Shown: piece by piece, positions 1 through 7,440 of the stretch
Layout of the letters: every line of letters starts with the position of its first letter
Position numbering within the stretch: the stretch's first letter is position 1
DNA from: Actinomycetes bacterium
GTDB taxonomy: Bacteria; Actinomycetota; Thermoleophilia; UBA2241
Assembly (NCBI GenBank): GCA_029547745.1
Contig: JAKPOQ010000004.1
Span: forward strand, 2,737-66,736
DNA length: 64,000 bases
Direction: 5' to 3'
The notes under the pieces: model-generated
Told to the model about the DNA's origin: nothing
Seen by the model: only the letters and a program-made list of their open reading frames with translations
The model's database searches: none
Made by a program: the position numbers and the translations under genes

Positions 1-473
1 ATCGCCACGATGATGTCGAAGTCGAAGCCGTCCACGCCCATGACGGATCGTCCGAGCAGGCCGCGTTCACGGCGCTTCTTGATCACCTCGTTCAGGTGCG
101 GGCGCAGGTAGGTGTACTCGGCCCGTAGGTAGACGATGCCCAGCGTCGCGCCGATGGCGCGGCCGCCGATCGTCATGCCCTCGAAGACGAGGTCGGCGTA
201 GCGCGAGAGGATGACCCTGTCCTTGAACGTCCCGGGTTCGCCCTCGTCGGCGTTGCAGATGATGTACTTGAGGTCGGCCTTCTCGGCGGCGCAGAAGTTC
301 CACTTCATGCCGGTCGGGAAGCCGGCGCCGCCGCGGCCTTTGAGGCCGCTCTCGCTCACGGTGTCGATGATGTCCGCCCGCGACATGGCCAACGCGGCCT
401 TGAGGCCGACGTCGGGCTCGATGGTCGCGTAAGTGAGGGCGTTGCCCTGGGAGTCGATGGTCCGTGCACTCAC
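1..473 (-). CDS. NuoF-like NADH/FMN flavoprotein subunit (HydB/HndC type), N-terminal ~157 aa only; the gene runs off the window start
   Basis: A minus-strand frame absent from the ORF track (no stop inside the window) translates from GTG 473..471 as VSARTIDSQGNALTYATIEPD...SESGLKGRGGAGFPTGMKWNFCAAEKADLKYIICNADEGEPGTFKDR, the NuoF FMN/NADH motif set. Track ORF 211..432(+) is its antisense mirror. The start overlaps the stop of the NuoE-like gene (GTGA). Confidence 0.7.
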   Translation of the reverse strand, partial: MSARTIDSQGNALTYATIEPDVGLKAALAMSRADIIDTVSESGLKGRGGAGFPTGMKWNFCAAEKADLKYIICNADEGEPGTFKDRVILSRYADLVFEGMTIGGRAIGATLGIVYLRAEYTYLRPHLNEVIKKRRERGLLGRSVMGVDGFDFDIIVA

Positions 474-967
474 GCGTCGGCCCTCCTCTGGTCGGCGCGG
501 CAGGCGGCGACGATCGCGCGCACATCGTCGGGCGTGACGCGCGTGTGGACGTCGTCGTCGACAAGTAGGGCGGGGCCTTGGTCGCACATGCCGATGCAGC
601 TTGCCCATTCGAGTGTCACCTGACCGTCGGCGGTCGTCTCGCCGAACTCCACGCCGAGCTCCCGGCGCAGTGCCTCGGCGACCGCGTCCTTGCCGGCGAA
701 GTCGCACGACAGGGTCCCGCAGAGGCGGATGACGTGGACGCCCTGGGGCCGGCTGCCCAGGAAGGCGTAGAACGAGGCCACGCTGTAGACCTCGACGGGG
801 TGGATGTCAAGGGCCTCGGCGACGACCTGCATCGTCTCGGCGTCGATCTCGTGGTAGCGGCGCTTGATGTCCTGGAGGATCGGGACGAGCGACGCGCGAC
901 CGGGGCCAAGCCTGTCGACCAGCCCTCCGATGTCGGCGCGCAGCGCCTCGGTCTGCGGTGCGGCCAT
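470..967 (-). CDS. NuoE-like thioredoxin-fold [2Fe-2S] subunit (HydC/HoxE type)
   Basis: The 165-aa product carries the NuoE 24-kDa subunit Cys pattern (LCGTLSC...ASCIGMCDQGPALLV). Its start forms an ATGA overlap with the REC gene stop at 967. It is a paralog of the gene at 10892..11443. Confidence 0.85.
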   Translation of the reverse strand: MAAPQTEALRADIGGLVDRLGPGRASLVPILQDIKRRYHEIDAETMQVVAEALDIHPVEVYSVASFYAFLGSRPQGVHVIRLCGTLSCDFAGKDAVAEALRRELGVEFGETTADGQVTLEWASCIGMCDQGPALLVDDDVHTRVTPDDVRAIVAACRADQRRADA

Positions 968-1350
968 CAGCCCTGCCCCTCCTTCTGCAGCAGCCCCCTG
1001 ACCTTGGCGATGAGGGTCGCGGGCTCCACCGGCTTCGACAGGAACTCGTCGACCGGGACCATCTCCTCGTCCTTGTCGATGTTGAGCCCCATCGCGGCGT
1101 TCACGCTGGTGAGCATGATGATGGGCAGGGTGTGACCCGTCTTGCGCAGCTCGCGCGCCATGTTGAGGCCGTCGTCGGGCTCTTCCATCATGACGTCGAG
1201 AATGAGCAGGTCGGGCTTGCTCTCTTCGATCCGGGCGAGGCCCTCGGCGCGGTTCGACGCGCCCTCGACCTCGTAGCCCTCACGTTCCAGCACGAGCTTT
1301 CCGGCCTCGATGATGTCGGGGTCGTCGTCGACGATCAGGATCTTCGCCAC
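967..1350 (-). CDS. Single-domain response regulator (CheY-like REC), first gene of a REC-NuoE-NuoF operon
   Basis: The 127-aa product starts MAKILIVDDDPDIIEAG, has the phospho-acceptor in LLILDVMMEE and the conserved Lys in SKP. It has no output domain and is translationally coupled to the NuoE-like gene. Confidence 0.85.
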   Translation of the reverse strand: MAKILIVDDDPDIIEAGKLVLEREGYEVEGASNRAEGLARIEESKPDLLILDVMMEEPDDGLNMARELRKTGHTLPIIMLTSVNAAMGLNIDKDEEMVPVDEFLSKPVEPATLIAKVRGLLQKEGQG

Positions 1351-1590
1351 CGCTCACTCCCTCTCTCGCTTGCGTTTCGCCACGCTCAGCACAAGCTGCG
1401 CCGGCGTTCCGTGCGACCGTGTGACCGCGCGACCGTGTCACGATGGTCCGTGGTAAGGCGTCCCGGCGGAGCCGGCTCGAATCGGCCTGACGACGTTCCG
1501 TCGTGGCCAGACTGTCCACACATCTCACGGTGCGGGACGGCCTCGATCGACCCCGATTCTCGCCTGTCACGCGCTCTTGTGCAAGCGGGA

Positions 1591-1700
1591 ACGAAGTCCT
1601 GCCGCCACTCTGCAAGCCTCCTCGAGATCCTGCCTTCGCACCGCAAGCCCCCGCCAGATCCTGCCGCCACACTGAAGGCCTCCGGGATCCATGGCGTTGC
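1591..1700. repeat. Three to four tandem degenerate ~31-bp direct repeats (consensus about GATCCTGCCGCCACACTGCAAGCCTCC) in the promoter region of the REC-NuoEF operon
   Basis: Read directly: gaagtcctgccgccactctgcaagcctcc, gagatcctgccttcgcaccgcaagccccc, agatcctgccgccacactgaaggcctcc, then a more degenerate fourth copy. They lie in the 447-bp intergenic region between 1350 and 1797. The only ORFs here are R-rich artefacts. Confidence 0.55.
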
Positions 1701-1796
1701 CGCACAAGTCCCTTGCGCTCCGGAGGCAGGGGACTGAATGACGGGGGCCGGAGGAGCGCTTGATCAGGGACTGGCGCAATCCCTCCACCTTGCCCT

Positions 1797-3041
1797 TCAG
1801 TCCCGAGCGCGCGCCGCCGGTCCGGCGGCGCGCGCTCTGACGCTTGCCTGGGTGTCGTCCTCGCCGCCGGCTCCGGGTGCGTCCATCAGCGTGACGGTGA
1901 ACGTGCTGCCGACGCCAGGTTCGCTCGTCACCGTCGCTTCGCCGTCGTACATGGTCGCGATCTTGCGCACCGTCGACAGACCGAGGCCGCTGCCGAGCAC
2001 CTTCACGGTGTGCTCGTTCTTGATGCGCGTGAACTCGCGGAAGAGCTTCGCCGCCTCTTCGGGCTTGAGGCCGATGCCGGTGTCGGCGACGGCGATCTCG
2101 ACGCCGCCGTCGAGGCGTCGCAGCACGACGTCGACGCGGCCGCCGTCGCGGTTGTACTTGACCGCGTTCGAGATGAGATTGTTGAGGACGATCTCGACCT
2201 CACCGGCGTCGGCCATGAGCTCGACGTCGTCGGCGGCGCGCAGCTCGACCGTGACGTCGCGGCGCGCGGCTTCGGTGGCGAAGAGGTCGATCGAGGCGCG
2301 GGCCAGTGCGGGCAGGTCCAGCCTGCGGACGGACCGCTCCCGCTGGCCCGACTCGATCCGCGTCAGGTCGAGGAGGTCGGCGATGAGCTTCTTCATGCCG
2401 TCGACGCGGGCGATGCTGCGCTGGACGATCTCGAGGTCTTGACCGCTCTCGGTGGTGGCGAGGATGTTCAAGTAGCCCTCCACCGCGTTGAGCGGCGCCT
2501 TCAGCTCGTGGGCGAGGACGCTGATGAAGTTGAAGCGTACCTGGCGCTTCTCTTCGGCCAGCTTGCGCGCCTGGCGGCTGAGGATGAGCTGGCTCGTCGC
2601 CTTGCGCACCGCGTAGCGGAGCTCGTCGGGCGTGAACGGTTTGGCAAGGAAGTCGTAGGCTCCGAGCTTGGTCGCCTTGACCGCCGTCTCGAAGGTCGCG
2701 TAGGCGGTCACCATGATGGTGAGGACGTCACGCCCCATGGTGCTGAGAGCGTCGAGGACGTCCATGCCGCCGACGCCGGGCAGCTTCAGGTCCAGGAGGA
2801 GCAGGTCGACCGGCCCCCCCTCGCTGAGGTAGACGAGGAAGTCCTCGCCGCTCGTGAAGTAACGATACTCGTAGGTCACGTCGACGAGGACGTCCGGGAC
2901 GTGGACGTGGTACTTCTCGATGATGCGCCGCACGCCTGCGCAGAGCGCTTCCTCGTCGTCGACCATCACGACCTGGAGGACGACCTCCTGCGGGTCCATG
3001 AGGCTTTGCTGGGGCGCGGGCTCGCCCTGTTGGGCGCTCAT
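1797..3041 (-). CDS. Hybrid signalling protein: N-terminal REC domain fused to histidine kinase (HisKA + HATPase_c)
   Basis: The real start is the M of MSAQQGEP. It forms an ATGA overlap with the stop of the upstream hydrogenase-kinase gene (3038..3040). The first ~204 codons of track ORF 1797..3653 are R-rich overlap artefact. REC: VVMVDDEE...LLLLDLKLPG...AKPF. HisKA H-box: VLAHELKAPLNAV. ATPase N/G boxes: NLISNAVKYN, DTGIGL, GSGLGLS. Confidence 0.8.
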   Translation of the reverse strand: MSAQQGEPAPQQSLMDPQEVVLQVVMVDDEEALCAGVRRIIEKYHVHVPDVLVDVTYEYRYFTSGEDFLVYLSEGGPVDLLLLDLKLPGVGGMDVLDALSTMGRDVLTIMVTAYATFETAVKATKLGAYDFLAKPFTPDELRYAVRKATSQLILSRQARKLAEEKRQVRFNFISVLAHELKAPLNAVEGYLNILATTESGQDLEIVQRSIARVDGMKKLIADLLDLTRIESGQRERSVRRLDLPALARASIDLFATEAARRDVTVELRAADDVELMADAGEVEIVLNNLISNAVKYNRDGGRVDVVLRRLDGGVEIAVADTGIGLKPEEAAKLFREFTRIKNEHTVKVLGSGLGLSTVRKIATMYDGEATVTSEPGVGSTFTVTLMDAPGAGGEDDTQASVRARAAGPAARARD

Positions 3042-5092
3042 GACGACGTCATCTCCCGCAGGCTGAACGCGGCGTCGGTCTCCGTCTCGGAGCGGGGCAG
3101 CGAGATCGTGAAGGTCGTGAAGGTCGGGCCCTTGTCCGGGTCGGCGTTGGATTCGACGGCGATCTGGCCGCGATGCATCTTGACGATCCCGTGCGACACG
3201 GCCAGACCGAGGCCGGTGCCCCTGCCCACCTGCTTCGTCGTGAAGAAGGGACTGAACAGCTTGTCGAGGTGGTCGGGAGCGATGCCCGTGCCCTGGTCGG
3301 AGATGGTGATCTGCACCGTCTCGGCGGTACCGTCGAGGGTGATGGTTATCCGTCCGCCGTCGGGCATGGCGTGCTGGGCGTTGGCGAGCATGTTGGTGAT
3401 GACCTGGACGATCTGGTCGCCGTCGATCTCGGCGACGGGGTCGGCCATCTGGTCGTTGACGACGATCTCGACGTCCTCCTCGCGGGGGAACGTGCGCAAC
3501 ACATCTTTGACCAGCGCCCTGAGGTCGGTCGGCTGGCGGACGACGCGGCTCTGGCGGGCGAAGTTCAGGAGCCCCGAGATGATCTTCTTGCAACGATTGG
3601 CCTGATTGACGATCAGCTTCGCGTCGGCCGCCACCAGGGGGTCGTTGTCGCACTCCTCGAGCAGGAGGTTAGCGTGCAGGAGGAGGATGCCGAGCGGGTT
3701 GTTGACCTCGTGGGCGATACCGGCGGCGAGCTGTCCCATGCTGGCCAGGCTCTCGGACTTGACGAGAGCCTCCCTCGTGCTCTCGAGCGAATGGTTCGCC
3801 TCCTCGAGCTCGTCCACGGTGCGGCGCAGGCGTTCGACGGCGTAGGGGAGGCACATCTCGATCTCGGCGAGGCCCTGCCAGACGGCGATGGCGTGCTCGC
3901 GGCAGGTGTCGTAGCCGCAGGCCCCGCAGTCGAGGAGGTCTTTGGGCGACGACTTGCCCATGCGCTCGAGGATCGCTTGCAGCTCCTCCGCGGGCGGTAT
4001 GTGGTCGAGGCGCTGGTCGAAGACGGTGAAGGTGCGCGACAGGTCGAGGTCGGCGAACTCCGCCATTGCGGCCTCCCACGCGGCTTGGTCAAAGACGCGC
4101 TGCCGCTCGCGGGCGGCGCGACTGACTTCCGCACGCCGCGTGAAGACCGGCTCCTCGTGGGTGAATCCGGCGCCCATCACGCAACCGTGACAACACAGGA
4201 TGTCGAGCAGGCGCGCCTCGGTCGCGCCGCTCTTGAAGTCCTCTATTGCGGCGGCGAAGTCGTGTCGCCCGTCGGCGCTGACGATGTCGCCGGTGAGGAG
4301 GTCCTCGCTCAGCCCGGCCGCGCGCAGCAGACCGCGGGTGAGGGGGAAGAGGCCGCCGAGTGCGCCGTGCGGCGGGTCGAAATCGTCGTCCGCCGGTCGC
4401 GAGGCGAGGACGATCCCCTTGCGGGCGAACATCGCGCGCAGCTCGACGAAGGTGAGCGCGGCGTCGACGTCGCCCTCGAACTGCTCGTACGACGCCTCGC
4501 CCTTCTTCGCGATGCAGGGCCCGATGAAGACGATCCTGGCCTCGGGACCGAGCCGCCGGTGTAGGGCGCGGGCGAGGGCGATCATCGGCGACACGATCGG
4601 AGCGAGGTTGTCGACAAGGTCGGGCTGGTACTTGCGCACGTACGAGACGACGGCCGGGCAAGGCGTCGCCATGTAGCGGCCGTCGCGGTCCTCGGCGAGC
4701 AGCTCGGCGTAAGCGCGGGCGACGAGGTCGGCGCCGAACGCGACCTCGTGGACGGAGTCGAAGCCGAGGTCGCGCAGGGCCGCCACGAGGGTCGCCGTGT
4801 CGCAGTCGGTGAACTCGGCGGGGTGACTCGGGGCGACGATCGCAGCCACGTGGGTCGAGGAAGCGAGCAGGGCATCGGTGTCGGCGATGCCGCTGAGGAC
4901 TTCCTTGGCGTTCTGGCTACAGACGGTGACGCAGTTGCCGCACCCGATGCACCGCGTCTCGATGACGCTCGCCTGACCGTCACTGATGGCGATCGCCTTG
5001 ACTGGGCATTCGCGTACGCACGTGTAGCACATGCGGCACTTCTCGCGGATGGTAGTGACGAGCTGCGTGCTGGCGACCCTGTCTTCGTTCAT
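3038..5092 (-). CDS. Sensory [FeFe]-hydrogenase-like protein (HydS-type H-cluster domain plus 2x[4Fe-4S]) fused to a C-terminal histidine kinase
   Basis: The 684-aa product has N-terminal ferredoxin motifs (CRMCYTCVRECP, CIGCGNCVTVC). H-cluster motifs are ATPCPAVVSY (L1-like), IGPCIAKKGE (L2, MPCxxKxxE-like) and DILCCHGCVMGAG (L3-like). Then come HisKA (AHEVNNPLG) and HATPase_c (NMLANAQHAM, DQGTGI, GTGLGL). No PAS domain is recognisable. Confidence 0.85.
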   Translation of the reverse strand: MNEDRVASTQLVTTIREKCRMCYTCVRECPVKAIAISDGQASVIETRCIGCGNCVTVCSQNAKEVLSGIADTDALLASSTHVAAIVAPSHPAEFTDCDTATLVAALRDLGFDSVHEVAFGADLVARAYAELLAEDRDGRYMATPCPAVVSYVRKYQPDLVDNLAPIVSPMIALARALHRRLGPEARIVFIGPCIAKKGEASYEQFEGDVDAALTFVELRAMFARKGIVLASRPADDDFDPPHGALGGLFPLTRGLLRAAGLSEDLLTGDIVSADGRHDFAAAIEDFKSGATEARLLDILCCHGCVMGAGFTHEEPVFTRRAEVSRAARERQRVFDQAAWEAAMAEFADLDLSRTFTVFDQRLDHIPPAEELQAILERMGKSSPKDLLDCGACGYDTCREHAIAVWQGLAEIEMCLPYAVERLRRTVDELEEANHSLESTREALVKSESLASMGQLAAGIAHEVNNPLGILLLHANLLLEECDNDPLVAADAKLIVNQANRCKKIISGLLNFARQSRVVRQPTDLRALVKDVLRTFPREEDVEIVVNDQMADPVAEIDGDQIVQVITNMLANAQHAMPDGGRITITLDGTAETVQITISDQGTGIAPDHLDKLFSPFFTTKQVGRGTGLGLAVSHGIVKMHRGQIAVESNADPDKGPTFTTFTISLPRSETETDAAFSLREMTSS

Positions 5093-5107
5093 CTGTGAAG
5101 TGTCACC

Positions 5108-5518
5108 TCAGTCCGGCCGGTCGCCGAGCAGCTCGGCGACCTTGGCGAGCAGGGCGCCGCCGTCGATGGGCTTGTCGAAGTACGCGTCGACCCGCATCTT
5201 CTCCATGTCCTCGGCGGAGCGCGGACGGAAGTCGAGACCGAGGGCGCTGGACACGGACGTCGACATGATGATCGGCACCGCGGCGGTCTGCGGGTCGCCC
5301 TTCAGGGAGGCGGAGAAGGAGAATCCGGCGTCGAGACTGTCCATCATCAGGTCCGTGATGATGAGGTCGGGGACCTCGTCGGCGATGCGCGCCTGCGCTT
5401 CGGCAGGGTCGGCGGCCGTGGCGACCCTGTACCCCGCCTTCTCGAGGATGATGCGGTTGATCTCGAGGAAGTCGAAGTCGTCGTCGACGATGAGGATCAG
5501 TCTCTTCGTGTCACTCAC
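5108..5518 (-). CDS. Single-domain response regulator (REC only)
   Basis: The 136-aa product starts MSDTKRLILIVDDDFDFLE, with phospho-acceptor LIITDLMMD and conserved Lys DKP. There is no output domain. Confidence 0.85.
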   Translation of the reverse strand: MSDTKRLILIVDDDFDFLEINRIILEKAGYRVATAADPAEAQARIADEVPDLIITDLMMDSLDAGFSFSASLKGDPQTAAVPIIMSTSVSSALGLDFRPRSAEDMEKMRVDAYFDKPIDGGALLAKVAELLGDRPD

Positions 5519-5609
5519 GTTCGTCCACCGTCATCCGCTTGCCCGCCTTCGCCAGTATAGCCGGCGCCCGTCGCGCGCTGCGCCCGTACCGGCCGCTCGC
5601 GTTCCGGGG

Positions 5610-5643
5610 GCTGCGCGGGGCGCTCGCGAGCGCCCCGCGCAGC
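5610..5643. terminator. Perfect 34-bp GC-rich palindrome (GCTGCGCGGGGCGCTCGCGAGCGCCCCGCGCAGC) immediately downstream of hydA
   Basis: The sequence equals its own reverse complement. It sits in the gap between the hydA stop (5658) and the REC start (5518). There is no T-tract, as is usual in high-GC genomes. It is a candidate intrinsic terminator and/or operator. Confidence 0.5.
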
Positions 5644-5657
5644 CGTTCCGTCGCGTC

Positions 5658-7430
5658 TCAGACGCGTTCGTGTTCGAAGTAGTGGGTGTGCAGGAGGTCG
5701 TGGGAGAGCTCCCCACAGGGCGCTCCGAGGTACTCCTCATAGAGTGCGCGGACAGCGGGGTTCTCGTGCGACTTGCGCAGCTCGCGGCCCTCGTCCTCCT
5801 TGAAGATCGCCTGCATGCGCGCCTTGCGGACCTCGTCGGTCGTGAAGCGGGGCTGGCCGCCTCCGCCGATGCAACCGCCGGGGCAGGTCATGACCTCGAC
5901 GAAGTGGTACTCGGCTTCGCCGTCCCGTATCTGGTCGATGACCTTCTGGGCGTTGCCGAGGCCGTGGGCGACGGCGACCTTGAGGTCCACGCCCTCCAGG
6001 AACGACCACTCGCCCCTGGCGCCCTGGACCTTGATGCTCGCGGTCTTGACGCCCTCGAGGCCCTCGATCGGTTCGACGTGCAGGTCGGGGAACGGGAAGG
6101 GCGTCTCGGTGACGATCTCCCACACCGTGCGTAGCGCCGCCTCCATGACACCGCCGGTGTTGGCGAAGATGTCGGCCGCGCCGGTCGAGATGCCGAGCGG
6201 AGCGTCCATCTTCTCGTCGGGCAGCGCGCGGAAGTCGATGCCGGCCTGGGTGATCATCGCGCCCAGCTCACGTGTCGTGAGGACGATGTCGACGTCGCGG
6301 ACCCCGCTGGCCGTCATCTCGGGGCGCGCCGCCTCGAACTTCTTCGCCGTGCAGGGCATGACCGAAACGACGACCATGTCCTCGGGCCTCACGCCGATCT
6401 TGTCGGCGTAGTAGGTCTTGCTGATCGCCCCGAACATCTGCTGCGGGCTCTTGCAGGTGCTGAGGTTGGCGAGCATGTCGGGGTTGAAGTGCTCCATGTA
6501 GTTGATCCAGCCCGGGGAGCAGCTCGAGAACTGGGGCAGGACCACGGGCTCGCCGTCGACCAGCGCCCGCTTGAGGCGCTCGAGGAGCTCGGTGCCCTCT
6601 TCCATGATGGTAAGGTCCGCGGCGAAGTCCGTGTCGAAGACGGCATCGAACCCCATGCGCCGCAAGGCGGCGACCATCTTGCCCGTGACGAGTGTCCCCG
6701 GCGGGTAGCCGAAGCACTCGCCGAGCGCGGCGCGGATAGCCGGCGCCGTCTGCACGACGACGGTCTTCGTCGGGTCTTCAAGGGCCGCCCAGACCTCGTC
6801 GATCTGGTTGCGCTCGGTGATGGCGCCGACCGGGCACACGGCGGCGCACTGGCCGCACTGCACGCAGACGACGTCGTCGAGAGGAGAGCCGAAGGCCGGC
6901 CCGATGAGGGTGTCGAAGCCGCGGTCCTGGGCGAACAGCGCGCCGACGCCCTGGACCTCGTTGCATACCGTCACGCAACGCCGGCACGAGATGCACTTGC
7001 CGGTGTCGCGGACGAGCGCCGGTGTCGAGTCGTCGACGAAGCGCCGGGTCTTCTCGCCGGTGTAGGTGAGCTCACCGATGCCGAGCTCCTCCGCCAGCGT
7101 GCGGAGCTCGCAGTCGGCGCTGCGCGGGCAGACCTTGCAGTCGCCGTCGTGCTCGCTGAGGAGCAGCTCGACGACCGTCCGCCGTCCGGCGCGCACCTTG
7201 CCGGTGTTCGTCTTCACCACCATGCCCTCGGTTGCCGGCTGGGTGCACGACGCCACGAGGGTGCGCGCCCCCTCGACCTCGACCAGACAGACGCGGCAGG
7301 CGCCGATCGCCTGGACGTCCTCGAGGTAGCAGAGGGTGGGGATGTTCACGCCCGCCTGGCGGGCGGCTTGGAGAACCGAGGTCCCTTCGGGGACCTCGAC
7401 CTTGATGTCGTCGATGGTCAGTGTCGGCAT
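5658..7430 (-). CDS. hydA: [FeFe]-hydrogenase catalytic subunit HydA (M3-type: 2Fe-2S + His-ligated 4Fe-4S + 2x4Fe-4S + H-cluster domain)
   Basis: Start at MPTLTIDDIKVEV (residue 36 of track ORF 5658..7535) with GGAGCGG SD. The upstream 35 codons overlap hydB. H-cluster motifs are SSCSPGW, MPCTAKKFE and EVMTCPGGCIGGGGQP. A NuoG-like N-terminus (CYLEDVQAIGACRVCLVEV) is present. Confidence 0.9.
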   Translation of the reverse strand: MPTLTIDDIKVEVPEGTSVLQAARQAGVNIPTLCYLEDVQAIGACRVCLVEVEGARTLVASCTQPATEGMVVKTNTGKVRAGRRTVVELLLSEHDGDCKVCPRSADCELRTLAEELGIGELTYTGEKTRRFVDDSTPALVRDTGKCISCRRCVTVCNEVQGVGALFAQDRGFDTLIGPAFGSPLDDVVCVQCGQCAAVCPVGAITERNQIDEVWAALEDPTKTVVVQTAPAIRAALGECFGYPPGTLVTGKMVAALRRMGFDAVFDTDFAADLTIMEEGTELLERLKRALVDGEPVVLPQFSSCSPGWINYMEHFNPDMLANLSTCKSPQQMFGAISKTYYADKIGVRPEDMVVVSVMPCTAKKFEAARPEMTASGVRDVDIVLTTRELGAMITQAGIDFRALPDEKMDAPLGISTGAADIFANTGGVMEAALRTVWEIVTETPFPFPDLHVEPIEGLEGVKTASIKVQGARGEWSFLEGVDLKVAVAHGLGNAQKVIDQIRDGEAEYHFVEVMTCPGGCIGGGGQPRFTTDEVRKARMQAIFKEDEGRELRKSHENPAVRALYEEYLGAPCGELSHDLLHTHYFEHERV

Positions 7431-7440
7431 TGTCCGCTCC

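Noticed and set aside
67-564. 165-aa minus-strand ORF (MSTTTSTRASRPTMCARSS...)
   Set aside because: R/P/G-rich, low-complexity, out-of-frame overlap with the real NuoF-like and NuoE-like genes; a typical high-GC shadow ORF.
1591-1700. Possible CRISPR array (also considered for 37624..37720)
   Set aside because: Repeats are contiguous head-to-tail with no intervening unique spacers, the units are degenerate, and no cas genes are nearby.
1280-1788. Four overlapping 73-141-aa ORFs in the 1350..1797 intergenic region
   Set aside because: All are Arg/Gly/Ser-rich with no starts supported by SD sequences. The region is better explained as a promoter carrying tandem ~31-bp repeats.
3041-3653. Track start (3653) for the REC-kinase hybrid gene
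   Set aside because: The first ~204 codons are R-rich and overlap the upstream hydrogenase-kinase gene. The REC domain begins at the M of MSAQQ, which forms an ATGA overlap with the upstream stop.
3173-4564. 463-aa plus-strand ORF antisense to the sensory hydrogenase-kinase gene
   Set aside because: Low-complexity G/D/A/V-rich translation; the minus-strand gene carries coherent FeS, H-cluster and kinase motifs.
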